51,380 nucleotides of DNA from Tubiluchus corallicola (GCA_030141605.1 JAQGDQ010001261.1:1-51380), one strand, 5' to 3'; shown: positions 1-13,964, counted from the stretch's first letter. The notes: generated by a model not told the origin, from the sequence alone. Made by a program: numbers and translations.

Positions 1-187
1 GCTTTTCGTCAGCCAATGAACGATGCCACTAGTGGTTAATCGGCGTTCAAAATGGGAGGACCAAAGTGTAAATGATCGCGAGTTTAAAATGATTTTACTA
101 ATTATAGGAGGCACTAATTATTGCACTTTTATACTAAATCTTTCTGTCATTTTTTGGCCACACTGAAACGAAAGCTTGGCTTCTCCT
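1..187. mobile_element. 3' part of a non-autonomous DNA element (Kolobok-like, ends CCT|TTAA); related copy at 5149-5644
   Basis: 50-187 aligns by eye with ~5502-5644 (aaaatgg...aaatgatcg...actaatta...actaaatc.ttctg.cattttt...cttgg...cctt). Ends CCT followed by TTAA. Superfamily call is tentative. Confidence 0.45.
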
Positions 188-375
188 TTAATATGTGTTC
201 GTGTTATGCTTCCTATGTTAGTTTCAGTCTAAGTTTACATGCCACGTGGAATCTGTTTCTCTATTCGCTGTGTAACTTGAGTTCAGGGTATCAGTTGAAA
301 AGTGAGTGAACTATTGCTAATCTGGTAAATTAATTTCATTTATAATACTCATTTCAATTTTGAAATACTATCATT

Positions 376-908
376 CATGGGTTGCCAACCTTGGTGTCGC
401 AACCCCATTTGGGGTCGCAAAGCACTTCTAAGTGAGGTCGTGGGCTAATCTAAAAACTATTTTTAAAAAAATGTTGTTCTCATGAAAAGTGTGTAAGTAG
501 GTCTTGTTTCCTGTGTCTCTCATTACATATCTTGTTCTGGAAAGTGAAACAGGGTTTTCCCACTCTAAATGCTATGTACCAGTGCTTGATTTTCTGGGAA
601 AATGAAAATGCGCGTTGTTCTGTACAGTGTGCACCGCCCGAAAGCGAGTCACTGTTCATTTTATGTCGGATCTCCTTTGATACGTGTTGCATTGCAGTAC
701 TGGTCACTGGGAAACAGGTGCAACAATCACATTAATGAATTAAAGAAACAATCACTCATTGTTCAATAATTTCTTGAATAGTAAGTTAAAAAATGCGTAC
801 CAAAATGATGTGTAATAGTATAATATGTGATTATGTTCCTCGTGGGGTCGTTATATGGTGCAGGGTTCTGGAAAGGGGTCACTGTCAACAAAAGATTGGG
901 AACCACTG
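376..908. mobile_element. hAT (Charlie/MER5-type) MITE
   Basis: Right end TTGGGAACCACTG, degenerate left end CATGGGTTGCCAA, and subterminal GGGGTC/ACCCC motifs typical of Charlie-type MITEs. Confidence 0.6.
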
Positions 909-1179
909 CTTTAATTGATTCAAATGACTCAAACCATGTTGGAAAAACTGATTTCGGTAAAACAGATTGGGGCCATTAATAAATTATTGCAGATATTTAT
1001 TCCGTAACCTAATTTTAGAAGCTGATTAGCCATAGAAGATTTTCAGTATACATTTTCCAGGAAATTATCTATTTTGCAGGTTCCACATTAATTAAAAGAT
1101 TGAATTATTTTTTATCTGAAATATTCATTTATATTCTTATCTCCTTAAATGAATAGGTATCTTAGATATTTGATTACAG

Positions 1180-4100
1180 GTTACGAGAGCAAATGGTTGA
1201 AGAGATTTATAAACTTGCTACGGAGTTTAGAGTGGTTACCTTCCAACACTTGTCCCAAACCATCGAGAGAGCAATACTGGAAAACATTGCTCTACACAAT
1301 CAGCTGAGTAAGTTTCTTTATTAAATTTTCTGCTGTCTTGTGTTTAGATGATAACATTAACCTCATATATTTTCGTTTGGATGATTTCAAAGTGAAGTTG
1401 AACGCAAGTGTTTTAGGTACTTTTATTTTCTGACTAAAAGCGACTAATGTTCACTAATAATGTCAGTGTTAGGTAGATGTGCAATTAGAACGTCAGAGTT
1501 TCACTCATAATGTCAATGTTAGGTAGATGTGCAAATAGAACATCAGAGTTTCACTAATAATGTCAATGTTAGGTAGATGTGCATTTAGAACATCGAAGTT
1601 TCACTAATAATGTCAATGTTAGGTAGATGTACAATTAGAACATCAGAGTTTTGCTAATAATGTCAATGTTAGGTAGATGTGCAATTAGAACATCAGAGTT
1701 TCACTAATAATGTCAATGTTAGGTAGAGGTGCATTTCGAACATCAGAATTTCACTAATAATGTCAATGTTAGGTAGATGTACAATTAGAACATCAGAGTT
1801 TCACTAATAATGTCAATGTTAGGTACATGTGCAATTAGAACATCAGAGCATCACTAATAATATCAATGTTAGGTAGATGTGCATTTAGAACATCAGAGTT
1901 TTACTAATAATGTCATTGTTAGGTAGATGTGCATTTAGAACATCAGAGCTTCACTAATAATATCAATGTTAGGTAGATGTGCAATTAGAACATCAGAGTG
2001 TCACTAATAATATCAATGTTAGGTAGATGTACAATTAGAACATCAGCGTTTCGCTAATAATGTCAATGTTAGGTAGATGTGCAATTAGAACATCAGAGTT
2101 TCACTAATAATGTCAATGTTAGGTTGAGGTGCATTTAGAACATCAGAATGTCACTAATAATGTCAATGTTAGGTAGATGTGCAATTAGAACATCAGAGTT
2201 TCACTAATAATGTCAATGTTAGGTAGATGTGCAATTAGAACATCAGAGCGTCACTAATAATATCAATGTTAGGTAGAAGTGCATTTAGAACATCAGAGTT
2301 TCACTAATAATGTCATTGTTAGGTAGATGTGCATTTAGAACATCAGAGTTTCACTAATAATATCAATGTTAGGTAGATGTGCAATTAGAACACCAGAGCG
2401 TCACTAATAATATCAATGTTAGGTAGATGTACAATTACAACATCAGAGTTTCACTAATAATGTCATTGTTAGGTAGATGTGCATTTAGAACATCAGAGCT
2501 TCACTAATAATATCAATGTTAGGTAGATGTGCATTTAGAACATCAGAGTTTCACTAATAATGTCAATGTTAGGTAGATGTGCAATTAGAACATCAGAGTT
2601 TCACTAATAATGTCAATGTTAGGTAGATGTGCATTTAGAACATCAGAGCTTCACTAATAATGTCATTGTTAGGTAGAGGTGCATTTAGAACATCAGAGCT
2701 TCACCAATAATGTCAATGTTAGGTGAGGTGCATTTAGAACATCAGAGCTTCACTAATAATGTCAATGTTAGACGGATATGCAATTAGAACATCGGAGGGT
2801 TCTTCAGTTGAACATAGTATATTTCGCACAGTGCGTTATATTATAATTTACCAAGCTGTGTGTTTAGCGACTAGTTAAGCATCATTGAGCCTGGTCAGTA
2901 AATGTTGGCCAGGAAAATTGCTTTTGCGTATTATAACCTGAGCTGCTGCCCCAAATATTTGCCTGTTGAGGAAAAGATGAATGTGGGAAGGAAACTTCTG
3001 CTGGTTCAACTTGGAAGATTGGCCTTGAGAAGGAGCTACCTAGGTTCCATTCCTGCCACAAGCATCTACATTAAGTAAGCCTTGACTGAGTGTTTGATCT
3101 TAGTTTGCAGTGCAGGGCACTGAACCAAATTAAAAAATGTTAAAGATAATATTTTTCTGTAATTTTTCTGAAATTTTGAACAAATATTGCCTGTAATCCT
3201 AAAACCTTATAGTACACAAGTTAGCTATTTGTGCTTCATTTTTTTATTTTAGAGAATCCACTAAAGCACAAAAACATGTTAACGCAGCTCTAGGTTAATT
3301 TTTTCAAAGTATAAAAGCGTTTAATTTGAAAATGAAACGCATGACTTGGAATTTTATTTATGATCAATCAATTACTAGTCCATCATCAGTCCACTATCAG
3401 TTATAATTGATAATTTGTTCTTCCAGATTTTGTGTCAGAAACTGCGGAAGACTTACTTCGACAGAAAGACGACCTGAAAGAAAAGCAGAAAGAACATTTG
3501 AATCTTGTAGAAATTCTTGAGTCAAACGAACAAAATCTGACAACTAAAAACATGAGTCACACTAAGGTGCACAATGCTTTATTTTGTTAAAAATTCTCAT
3601 TATTTTGAAATTGATAGTGCATTGATGTATTGGTGCATCGTCATATCTTTTATTATGGTTTGTGTATCGTGTAAATGCACTCGTGTTGTGATAATCTGAG
3701 TCAACGATATTTTACCTAGCTAACATGCGCTTGACCGTATGCCGATAAAAACCATTTTAAGTCATTCAAGTTGTAGCTGTGGAGTGTACTGTAGATACCT
3801 CTCAATCAGCGCAGTGAGCCGTAGTTGACTTCACAGCCTTAGCTAGCAGCCAAAGTGGTTGAAAACACAAGGTGCTTAATCTGTAGTAGGTTAATTACAT
3901 TGTCTGCATATTAATTTGTGAATTATGGCAAACGTGAATCAGAAAATGCTCAAAACAATTTTTAAACCTAAGGTATTGACATGTTTTGCTTTTCTGGTGG
4001 CTTAGAATGCAAACAATGGCCTACATATTACTCAAGTAATAAATAAAAATCCAGCTTGTCCAGTTATCCTAAAAGTGTTGATTGATAAATATGTTTAGCA

Positions 4101-7100
4101 TTTATAGTCAACAGCTTCATCTGGTTTTTTATGATGCCTGCAAACATTAACTTACGCGTGTTTTGATGCATTTCGTGTCGTGAGGTTAGTATCGTGATAT
4201 GTATCGTATCGTGATTTAAGTATACAGGTAAGAGATGTTCCACTGTGTCCTAAGTAGCTGTGAGTTCAATTCTGTAACAGATGAAGCATATATAAAGACA
4301 TATGTGTAAATTGGAAAGAACATTTGTTCGTTGTTTTAGGTTATAAGCATTCTAGTAGAAAAGAACAAGGAACAGAAACGTGATATTGATCACTTGCTGA
4401 GAAAGGACAGCGAATTTGACAAGGTATTTAGCGAGAATTTTACACTGAAGAGCAAATTGTCCATCGCAAAAACTGAACGGGATGCCTTGGAGGAATGCAT
4501 TACTCGTGGTAAAATGAAAGAACTTCAGGATTCACTTCAAATAGCCATGAAAGAAAGAGATGAAATTGAGAAAATTTTGTTGTCTGCAGCTCATACTGTA
4601 AGAGATGCCGTGATGAATGAGGTAATTCTACTAAATTAATTCTACTTAATTAAAGATGCTCTTGGTCAGTACATTTAATAGGTGTTGACGCACATTTTTA
4701 TGCTTAGTAACATGTCTTTTCGCACACATGCCTCTATACAGTAATTACCGTTGATTGCTTAAGCAATCTGTGAGAACCTACATGAATCTGTGTGAAAGGT
4801 GCTGCTGATAATTTCTGGAGCTGTGAAAATTATGTGAAATTATCTGGAATTCTTTTAAGTTGTAATTGCCATAATTTTTTGTCCTGTAAGACTGGTTGAA
4901 GCCAATACACAATACGCAGCATGCTATCATGGTCTGCAGCATGGAATGATGTCTGATGATGCATAAAATTGCTGCTCTTTGTCTGGTGTAGCATTGTGTC
5001 TTGTTATTTGCTGTTCTATGAAATTTACATGGTATTGTATGCCGATGATGTCATGCGCAATGTTTCATGTTACCACTTGTTCCTTTGGTAAAGGAAAGAA
5101 CAAGTCAACCAGTATGTTGGGTTTATGTTACTGTTATCGCTTAAACTTAGGGAAATATAACAAAGAAATTTGCAAAAAAACGTTTATAAAGCATAAATTT
5201 AAAATATACCACCGCTGAATAGAAATTTTCAGGCATGATGGTTGTCGCCATTCACTTGAAAACTATGACGTAACTGGGAGACTTCGCGACTCTCCGAGAA
5301 GCACGTCGTGGCTTTCCGTAAGCACATGCTGCTTAAATTAATTCAAACTTCTACGGCTTACCTAATGTTCACGCCACGCGAAAATATTACAAAATCAGTC
5401 ATCTATTATTTTTGGTAAAAATTTATTATACTTTTGACGAAGATTAACAGTGCGCTACTTTTCTTCAGACGAATGACGTCTTTGGAAGAAGAATGAGCAT
5501 TGAAAATGGCAGCGTCCAAACATGAAATGATCGTGACTTTACTAATTACGCCGGGCACTTATCACATTTTTATTACTAAATCCTTCTGACATTTTTCGCG
5601 AACATTGAAATAAGCCGAACTTCCCAGAAGACTTGGACTTTCCTTTAGCCTTTCATGCCGCCACAGTTACTTGCAGTAGCTGTGGGAAATTCATGTATTG
5701 TCTCATGATGCACATTTTACTGATCAAGTCATTATGTAGTATCTTTATTAGCTACTTTTTAAAGCCAGGTTTTCAGTGTTACTAGCATACAGTTGCCATA
5801 GTGCAAGTAACAATGCCATAGATATGGTTTGTGTAGATCAAAGATCTCGGTGATTGCTTTGGCATGTTCTGCATTCTAGACTGTCTTGCGGCGCTATTAC
5901 ACTTTCGCACCGCCTAGCTTTTTATAGGTTATTACTCGTAAGTCATCATTCTATTATTCTTACGTCATCAGTGAATGTTTCCGCTAATCTAATTGTAATT
6001 TAATAATATATTTAGGTATAATTACCAATAATTACGCTGTATTCACAGTTCTACGCCTATACAGGGCGTATCGCCATCTTGTTTGTGTGTGTAGTCACGT
6101 GACAAATTTCGTACTAGTTTATGCATTATCAGGGCCTAGCTTAAAAGGCACGTGACACACTTTCATCTTCACCGCATTTACGAAATAAAGAAAAAACCTT
6201 TACTTTTTTTATAATCTAATAGTAATAATACTACAGTAATAAATAAAATTAATGATAAATAACTGTAGTGGTCCAAAATAATTTCCTGCGGTACGATACA
6301 AACTTCCGTAGCTGCAACCCTAATAATCATAAATTATGCGAAGAAACCAAAAATACAGGTTAAGGGCCACATACGTCATTGCGCGAGAGCGATTGCGCAT
6401 CAGTGATGTAAACACGGTTATTCACGTGCAGCTTTTAATGGCGGCTGTAGGTAAGTAATGCATGATTTTAATCTGGACTTATAAAGCGCAAGAAGCAATA
6501 ATATTATGGGAATATGGTGTATATTACTCCTGTTGGTCTGCTTTCTGGCCTGCAGGCGTGAAAACAACCAATAGGCCAGGAAAAGCTAGGCGGTGCGAAA
6601 GTGTAATAGCGCCCTGTCTTGCTGTTCTGATCTTCTTTGTTTAAGTTCCTAATTCATTTAATAAATACTACTTCATTATGCACGCATTCGTCTGGTTGCT
6701 AATATTATTGTAGCGTGTAACAGTGCACTGTTTGCATGCTACTGATTCTTGAACACATAGATTCATCAAACCTGCTTGAGATATCTGTTTTGTTATTATT
6801 TATGTTGTTGTCATCAAACTGCATTACATGTCTATTGTATGATGTAGGAAAGGCGACACGATTCCGAGGCTTCTATTGCGATGCTTCACGATGTATTTCG
6901 AATCTTAAATGATGCCGCTTGTGCATGTATTGGCTCAAGTGCTGCCACGGTACCAAAGTAAATGTTTGTTCAATTTGTGTATTTTTCCTAGGCCTTTTGA
7001 AACTAATAAGAGGTCACATTCCTGCTTCTCTTTTATTCTAAAGACTAATGAACATACTAAACTTATTAGCAAATCTGTAAACCAAAACTGTCCATAAGTC

Positions 7101-10100
7101 GGCATGGTTAAATCTACGTTATGATGTTTCAAAATTGAATGCACCTGGGGCGTATCAAGACACCCTAGGCTGATAGATCTGTCCCACCCATCTGTTTTGT
7201 GAATTGATTATATTGAGCTGAACAATTAAACAATTACTTGTGCTGTATATGATTAATCTAGTTTGTATATAGTACTTGTTAATTGCGTGTATATGAATCG
7301 CCTCTTATATATGAGCAGAATGGGCAACTGTTTGTTGTGTAGTACCTTGTACTCATTCATTATGTGGTACTTATATAGCAGCTAGTCTAAGTAACTGCTT
7401 GTGGTGTGTTATGAACGGATACACAATTTCCGAGGACAATAAGAATTTTTTTAAATTGAGCCCCTAAAATGTGGCGTCCCTCAAACTTTGGCACCCTAGG
7501 CTACAGCCTAGTTAGCCTGTTGGTTAATGTGCCCCAGAATGCGCCAAAAATTTTGACAATTGTCAATTTTTTGTTTTTTGAAAACAAATGCTAATAATGT
7601 CCGTCTTTATATTCTAGCGTCAAATTAGCTAGAAAATGTTCAAAAAATACTAATTCTATAACTTACCCACTTTCCTGGTTAGAAATTGGTATTGCAATTG
7701 TAAAAAAACTCCTATTTTTAAACTCTGGTAGTAGCTCGTGGAAGCAGTCATTTTGCTTTGGGTTTTTTCTGTTGCCAAGCCCAGATCTTCATCAGGAAGA
7801 CCCATCTACTGGTTTTAAATATGACTTCAGTCCGTTCTTTCAAATTCCGTAGCAGTTACTAAGTGTTTTGTGGAAACGCGACAAAAACAATGGCAAACTT
7901 TAACAGAGATTTTCTCAAGGTTATGTTTTTCAGTTCGCAGCGTGCACCGCAACTTCAACGTGGATTATCTCAGCTTAGAAATAACATAGAGCAATGAGCT
8001 TCTTATCAAAATGATCCTCATAAAATAGAGATTCAGGATATGTGAATAACTAAAAAAGTTTAATAGCCGACTTATGGACGATTTGGCTATGCAAGTACAC
8101 AAATTAATAAGTGAATAATATTAAATTTGTTTGTAGTGGAAATTATGTAACGATTTAATTGTTTCACAACAGAAAAGAACTTATTGCAGGCATGGTGTAA
8201 TTTTATAAGAACTCTAAAATTTGTACGAACTTTGTCAAGTTGTTTTGGATTACTTTCACCTATTTACCCATTTTAATATCTGGACGGAATTCACTTGAAA
8301 TTAATAAATAATTTTGCTAAGGTGATAAAAACTAGTTTTTAAATTGCTTTGATGAACGCATGTCAGCTTCTTTTCCCGCTGTGAGTGTCTTTCAAATAGT
8401 TTACTTTAGTTATCATCATTCAACATTAAATGTTTTAGGTTGTCATCTCATGAAAAACAAGCCGCTGTTTCCTCATACAGTTTTACACCCGAGATTTCAA
8501 TTACGACAAGCTGCGAAAGAACTACTGATGCCGAGAGCTCAGAATTTTTTATAGACGAAAGTACAGGAATGGAAAACTTGTTACCTCAAAAACCAAGTGA
8601 CGAATCAGATAGCAAACAAAGGGTAATTAAGTCTATAGTATGTGTGCATGATTAGGACATGATACTGTTACAATTGGAAGAAAGTAAATTCTTGTATAAT
8701 GATCAGTGGCGGCTCGCAGTTAAAATTAGTGGGGGCGCTGCTTCAGAAAATTTTTAGCCATTGCTTTAATACTGTGTAAAATGTAACAAACGAAACATAA
8801 TTTTAATGTTGTATTTTGTAATTGTAATTTTTAACAAACAAGCTTGCACAAATTCATACATAAACTTGATAAAATCTTAAACAAAAAAGATTTTGACTTG
8901 TAAATAGCCCAAATTGTCACAATTCAAGAATATGCTGGTACATGGTTTTTAAGCACGTGATAACTGACAACAAAAAGTGTGAGCGACAGTACTTTCTCTA
9001 CCTAGCAGCAGATGCTAGCAGTGCAACGTACAGCGTGTTATCTCAGACATATGCGCATGACCACATGCGCACAACAGCCAAACACCACTGTGCTGGGCTG
9101 TGAAGCAAATTGTACTACCCTCATGTGCTCTGGTTCCGTACAAATATAAAGAAAGAACTAAAGAAAAAAGACTTATTACATTGACTATTATCGATAATAT
9201 CGAGTGAAAATAGGGGGCGTTGCAGTCCCACAGTACCTATACATGAGCCCTCACTGATAATGACTCCATGTTCGATCTAGTGACTGTAATATTTTTTCTT
9301 AGTGACTAAAATTTCCAGTAAGCTTCAATGCCAATTTTTGGCATTCTTCCAACCATTAAAACACCGTTTACCAAGTCGGTTATGATAGGAGGAATACCCA
9401 AAAAGTAATTAAACAATTTCCCAGAAACTTTCTGGTTTGAGCATGGGATAAAAAGAAGCCAATAAATTTTGGTGTTGATCTGAAACACCCTAGAAAAACG
9501 GGAAATAAAATCCATTATGTTCGGACTTTTTGTAAAACTTCAAGATGGTCTTGGAGGAAGCTCTATTATATGCCACATTTTTTCACTCGGACACTTGTTT
9601 ATTTCCGTTTTTAAACAGTACTCAAATACACATGTTAAAAACTACTTAGTTGCTCAAACCTGTTCTAGATTATTAACCCTACAGAACCGCACTGCTAACT
9701 GACTATATTTAGTGGCTGAAACAGATGTGCTATGGCTGCAAGACATTTTTGTCATAAATCCAGTAGCTTTAACTAATTGTCTTACTTGTCCACAAAACTT
9801 GAAAGTTATCAGATTGCTTATACGCACAACACTTTTAGCCATTACGTAATTTGACGTGGCACTTTTGCCTTATATAAACTGAGTGAAGGAAAGACGAAGT
9901 TGTGCTGTAATTAGCAACACAAATATGCTTGGCTTATCAGCATTAGAATCATCGTAGGCTGTTGTGTTTTGTTTCCCTCGGATGGCTGGTAGAGAAAACC
10001 AGAAAACACGTTGTCAAATTGAACAGGTTTATTGTGTAAGAATTCTACAACACACAAGTATGAAGGAACGCGAAATATACACAGTCAAGTGATAAGAAAG

Positions 10101-11073
10101 TAGCATGCGATAATCTGAGAATACGAGAATATGAGAACAAACTTGAGCGGCCAACTCCGCCTTATGTATCAGTCCACATGAACAATCACCAGAACAATCT
10201 AGAAACAACTACGCGTATCACGTATAGAAAGTTCTAGATGCTTCTGCAAGGTAAGAAGATTGGCTCTACTATACTATAGAACATTCTAGTGGATCTCCAC
10301 AACATAGGCCCACTTCATGATTCTGCAAACCGAGTACGCGTACGAAATATTTTTTATTTTGCCTGGGATGAAATCAAGGGACAAACTCGTCAATGTGCCC
10401 TAAAAGTACTCAAAGTGCATATACCTGAAATCAAATAATTTACTGGTGATGGAAAAGTTCTTGGACAAAGTGCAGTTTCTCTGGACTCAGCCATTCTTTT
10501 TTTACAGCAAGGTGTATAGTGAAGTGGTCATGTTTATATTATGCTTTCCTGCATATACTTGCATAAGTTCTCACTTGTTTTAACTTGCCACCCTGATTCT
10601 GGTTTTTTACTTCTTTGAGGGCGGATGTACTACATCCAAATGCGTCGAAGCCACTTCTGCCAAGTCAATGCCTCCCCCTCAGAGGGATATCTGTGGTAAT
10701 AAACTAGGTGCCGATTCTGCCACGTACGATAATTTTGAGATGCTGCCATTGAATGCTGCATTCTTGTTTACAAATTGCACAGACAACCCTTATAGATACA
10801 GATATATAGGTTAATGGAGTATCTTCTAATGATGATTTGCCAGCTTGTCAGTAGATGGCATTATGTGAGCAAAACACAAACCAAAAGTAATTACAGTGTA
10901 TAAGTTGATGCAAAATGCTTATCATTTTCATTTCCTTTCAGGTGATTTTTAGTATGGCTCAGAAAAAGCCCACGGAAATGGAAAAACATGATTTTCCGAG
11001 CGTAGCTGTAGTGAAAGAACTAAAAACAGACAACAAGTTAGAACTGGTGCAATCAGTAACAAAGAAAACTTGA
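1180..11073 (+). CDS. CFAP157: CFAP157-like cilia/flagella coiled-coil protein, 3' part (exons 1180-1307, 3427-3566, 4340-4621, 6848-6957, 8439-8622, 10942-11073; 5' exons not seen, probably left of window)
   Basis: GT-AG exons join in matching phases (1,0,0,2,0) into one open frame: RLREQMVEEIYKLATEFRVVTFQHLSQTIERAILENIALHNQL-NFVSETAEDLLRQKDDLKEKQ...NMSHTK-VISILVEKNKEQ..., ending at TGA 11071-11073. This resembles the CFAP157 segment RLRKEIIQRVNLVANEF...TTKRAIKEN...QKIILML as I recall it. The last two exons are less certain. Confidence 0.75.
1451..2800. repeat. Intronic minisatellite, ~27 copies of a 50-bp unit
   Basis: Consensus TCACTAATAATGTCAATGTTAGGTAGATGTGCAATTAGAACATCAGAGTT repeats head-to-tail with few substitutions and one 1-bp deletion near 2725. 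Confidence 0.97.
5149..5644. mobile_element. Non-autonomous DNA element (Kolobok-like), related to 1-187
   Basis: Shares its 3' region with 50-187; termini roughly AGGG...CCT with TTA-type flanks. Left boundary approximate. Confidence 0.4.
5890..6613. mobile_element. Young MITE with perfect 33-bp TIRs and 9-bp TSD (MULE/Merlin-like)
   Basis: TIR GGCGCTATTACACTTTCGCACCGCCTAGCTTTT (5890-5922) is the exact reverse complement of 6581-6613. TSD CTGTCTTGC at 5881-5889 and 6614-6622. Confidence 0.9.
7075..8105. mobile_element. Non-autonomous DNA element of the same family as 37465-38133, interrupted by the MITE at 7145-7537
   Basis: Colinear similarity to 37480-38130 (aaccaaaactgtcc...tagctcgtggaa...gtggaaacgcgacaaaaacaa...gattttctcaaggttatg...atgcaag.acac) on both sides of the nested insertion. 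Confidence 0.75.
7145..7537. mobile_element. hAT-like MITE (family B), nested insertion
   Basis: Termini CTGGGGC...GCCCCAG, approximate TSD aatgcac/aatgcgc, colinear with 15357-15774. Confidence 0.75.
8704..9256. mobile_element. hAT MITE (family A)
   Basis: TIR CAGTGGCGGCTC...GAGCCCTCACTG; 8-bp TSD ataatgat/ataatgac; colinear with 22789-23397. Confidence 0.85.
9960..10304 (-). mobile_element. Solo LTR (345 bp; 5-bp TSD, BEL/Pao- or Copia-like)
   Basis: Termini TGTTGTG...CACAACA, perfect TSD TAGGC (9955-9959 and 10305-10309), AATAAA on the minus strand near 10028-10033. Confidence 0.8.
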
Positions 11074-11706
11074 TATTTTTTAACTCTTGTTCATTCTTTA
11101 CTATGTATTTTATTATTGCATTTTAAATACAAGTTGGATAAGTATCAATACACGTATTAATGAGTTAAAAAATACGGAATATCTATGCTGGTGACATCGA
11201 CGCAGTGGAACTTGGACATAAGGCAACTTTTGAATATGAACTACTGTCAACAAAATAATTTCCGAAGCTGGATTAAATGCAAATTGCGTTGTTTGAAGAT
11301 TAACTGTGGCCTCTCGGCCATAAACGCGCTTCTTACTGACGTGCTACAGTGGGCACAGAAGCTGTTTTCACAATGTTAGCTATTTTCTATTGGGTTAAGA
11401 TATTATGAAAGTGTCTTATCTCTGTGATTTGTGTAGCCTGTACGTGTATATAGGTCATTAATGTTAAGCAATCCATGGCTTCCAATAGATGGAACTGGAA
11501 TGTTATAACAGATTTGGTGTGAGAGTTTATATGCATCTTCAGTGTTCTTTATTCTTGCAAATAACAATCAATGATGACTTACACTTGTATCTATTTTTGT
11601 CTGATGTCTATTGAACCATCCGATCACCACAATTTTTCTTAGTTGATTAGCTTTTCAGTTTTTTCTTACGTGTAGTTCAGCATTGGATGGCCACTCTACT
11701 AAAGTA

Positions 11707-12172
11707 CAGTCAACCGCTGATATAAGAGACCGGAAAAAAACGTCCCTCATGTCCGTTATAGCCGGAGTTGAGTCAGACCGAGGGAGTATCTAGACCTGTA
11801 CTTTTACCCATGATTTTATGGATTATTGCTGCACATTCAGTGCAAACGGTATGTAGGAAGCTCCTTCAGTGATGCGAGATGTATCAGACCGCAGAAACCG
11901 ACCTGCCAGTTGCGAAAAATTGAGATTAAAAATCGATCAATTTCGCTTTGATGCATATAATGGTCCCTTATATGCAAGATAATTTACCTGGGTTTCTATT
12001 AAGCGGGACCTGAAGATATTGTCTCTTATAACCGAAAGTCCCTTATATCCGAGTACTTTATATACGAAGCTTTTTACAAGGAAAAATGTTACAAAAAATC
12101 GGGACCGGTGTTGGTGGTCCCTTATAAGCGAGTGTCCCTTGTAAGCGAGTACCTTATACCTGAAGTTGACTG
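11707..12172. mobile_element. pogo/Tigger-like MITE
   Basis: TA|CAGTCAAC...GTTGACTG|TA, repeated subterminal CCTTATA motifs, both ends shared with 34074-34671. Confidence 0.85.
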
Positions 12173-13848
12173 TAGACACTATCTGAAGTTTGGTTGCAAC
12201 AGAAAGTTATTTAGTTTCAATATAAGTAAGCAGACAATGCTAGAATATTCTTCTGTGTTGTGGACCATGATGCATTCGACTTGTTTCTGTTGCATTGGTA
12301 CCTTCATATTATAGAATTTAGAATTTATTTATTTGTGTATTGTGTACATGACTAGCAGGCTTACATTTAACAACACAAAAAAATATTATACAAGAGCTTA
12401 ACATACAGTGTTCCAAATGATTGTAATATAAGATATATGATTGCCAAACCATATGTAGTTTTACAACAAGAAACAAAATATAATTTCAATTCAAATGTAA
12501 TTCTTTACGTTGGCATTCTGTAGAAAAACATTATGATTAAATATTTAATCTTAAATTTTGTTAGTAATGCAGGGTGCGCACTCTGCAAAATCCAGATGTA
12601 GATTTTTACTAGTCTGCAGCTTCGATAAATTTGTGCCATTTTGTGAACTTCGTCGGACCAAGATGTTTTTTAAGTACTTTGTATCCGACAAAACTCGTCC
12701 TGCTGGCTGCTAGTTTGAGCAGCTCGGTGCAGCAATTTGCGACAGAAAAAATCAGATTAGACTAATCGATTAATTAGACTAATTAATAAAAACCAATGAT
12801 TTTGTCACATATCATCTGAGGAAGTTGATAATATACAGTGATAATATACATAATGTATGATACAGGTTGCTTTACACAAAAGCCGTAGAGTGCAGGAAAA
12901 TTTTTATGCAACATTTTGCATCTGACAATTTTGCAGACAGATTTTTTTTTACAGTATGCGACTAGCATAAGACACCTCAGGGACTAGTGACTGCAACTGT
13001 TCTATAGTTTACTGATTACTTGCAACTATACCACAGCATACAATAACATTTTCTTAACAGAAGAATTTGTTTCATTAAATTTTTATTAAAATTCTTGCAG
13101 ATTTAACTAATTCGTAATTAAGTGTAACCAAAGTTTGATATCTATAAAATTCTCAGACTAAACATAAATCGTAGACTCAGTCACCAACTCAGTTACCGAA
13201 TTGTTGTTTTGCTCGCGTTTTGTTTTAATCGTCAGAAATGTTTAATCATTTTCGAAAAATAATGAGGTTTTTGAAACCCAATTGTTCTTTGTGACCTGGC
13301 GGATGGTAGGTTCTTTCTAAAATGCGGTACAAATAAGATAGCCCAGATTGTGTACGTGGTTGCCATAGTTTCATTGCTTTGAAAGTTCGCGGTAAATGAA
13401 ATGCCTAGGACCATACCTATACATAATTTAATCAGAAAACTTCAGACCATATACGCAGTGTTGGGTTCGTTACTTTCGAAAAGTAATTTGCCATGATTAC
13501 TAATTACTTCCGAAAAATTGTAACCAAATTGCTTTTTGCAAGGGCTATCCCTTAGTGACTACTCAGACTACTTTTTTGTGATGCTACGTTGAGTGATACC
13601 TTGGGGAAAAGTGTGAATCTGCTTGCCTTTAGTGAAATCAGAGCATTGTTTCGGCAATACGTCTAAATTTGTCCCGATTAGCTTCATTAATTTACTCTGC
13701 AATCTTCCTGCAACATTTTCACTGACAAGTTAGAAAGTTCGTTGGGCCGACTGCTGCAGCTAGCTTAAAATCTCAGGTGTAGTGAAACAAATTATTGAAA
13801 TTTATAATGATGGGCAAAAACGATGTTATTGTAATATCTAATATATTC

Positions 13849-13964
13849 TAGTTAAAAACAACACAACTTTATTAAAACTGTCATCGGCAGCCTGTTGAAA
13901 TATTTGGCATGATTTTAATTTTTTAATGTCTAAAAGTTTTAATAAAGTTGTGTAGTTTTTAACT
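13849..13964. repeat. Short inverted repeat (~31-bp arms, ~55-bp spacer)
   Basis: TAGTTAAAAACAACACAACTTTATTAAAACT pairs with AGTTTTAATAAAGTTGTGTAGTTTTTAACTA with one mismatch. Confidence 0.7.

Noticed and set aside
1451-2800. CRISPR-like array
   Set aside because: No unique spacers; contiguous tandem repeat in a eukaryotic intron; no cas genes.
121-13414. Most short ORFs in the track in this interval
   Set aside because: They overlap MITEs or introns and lack motifs; only 4394-4621 and 8440-8622 coincide in frame with modelled exons.
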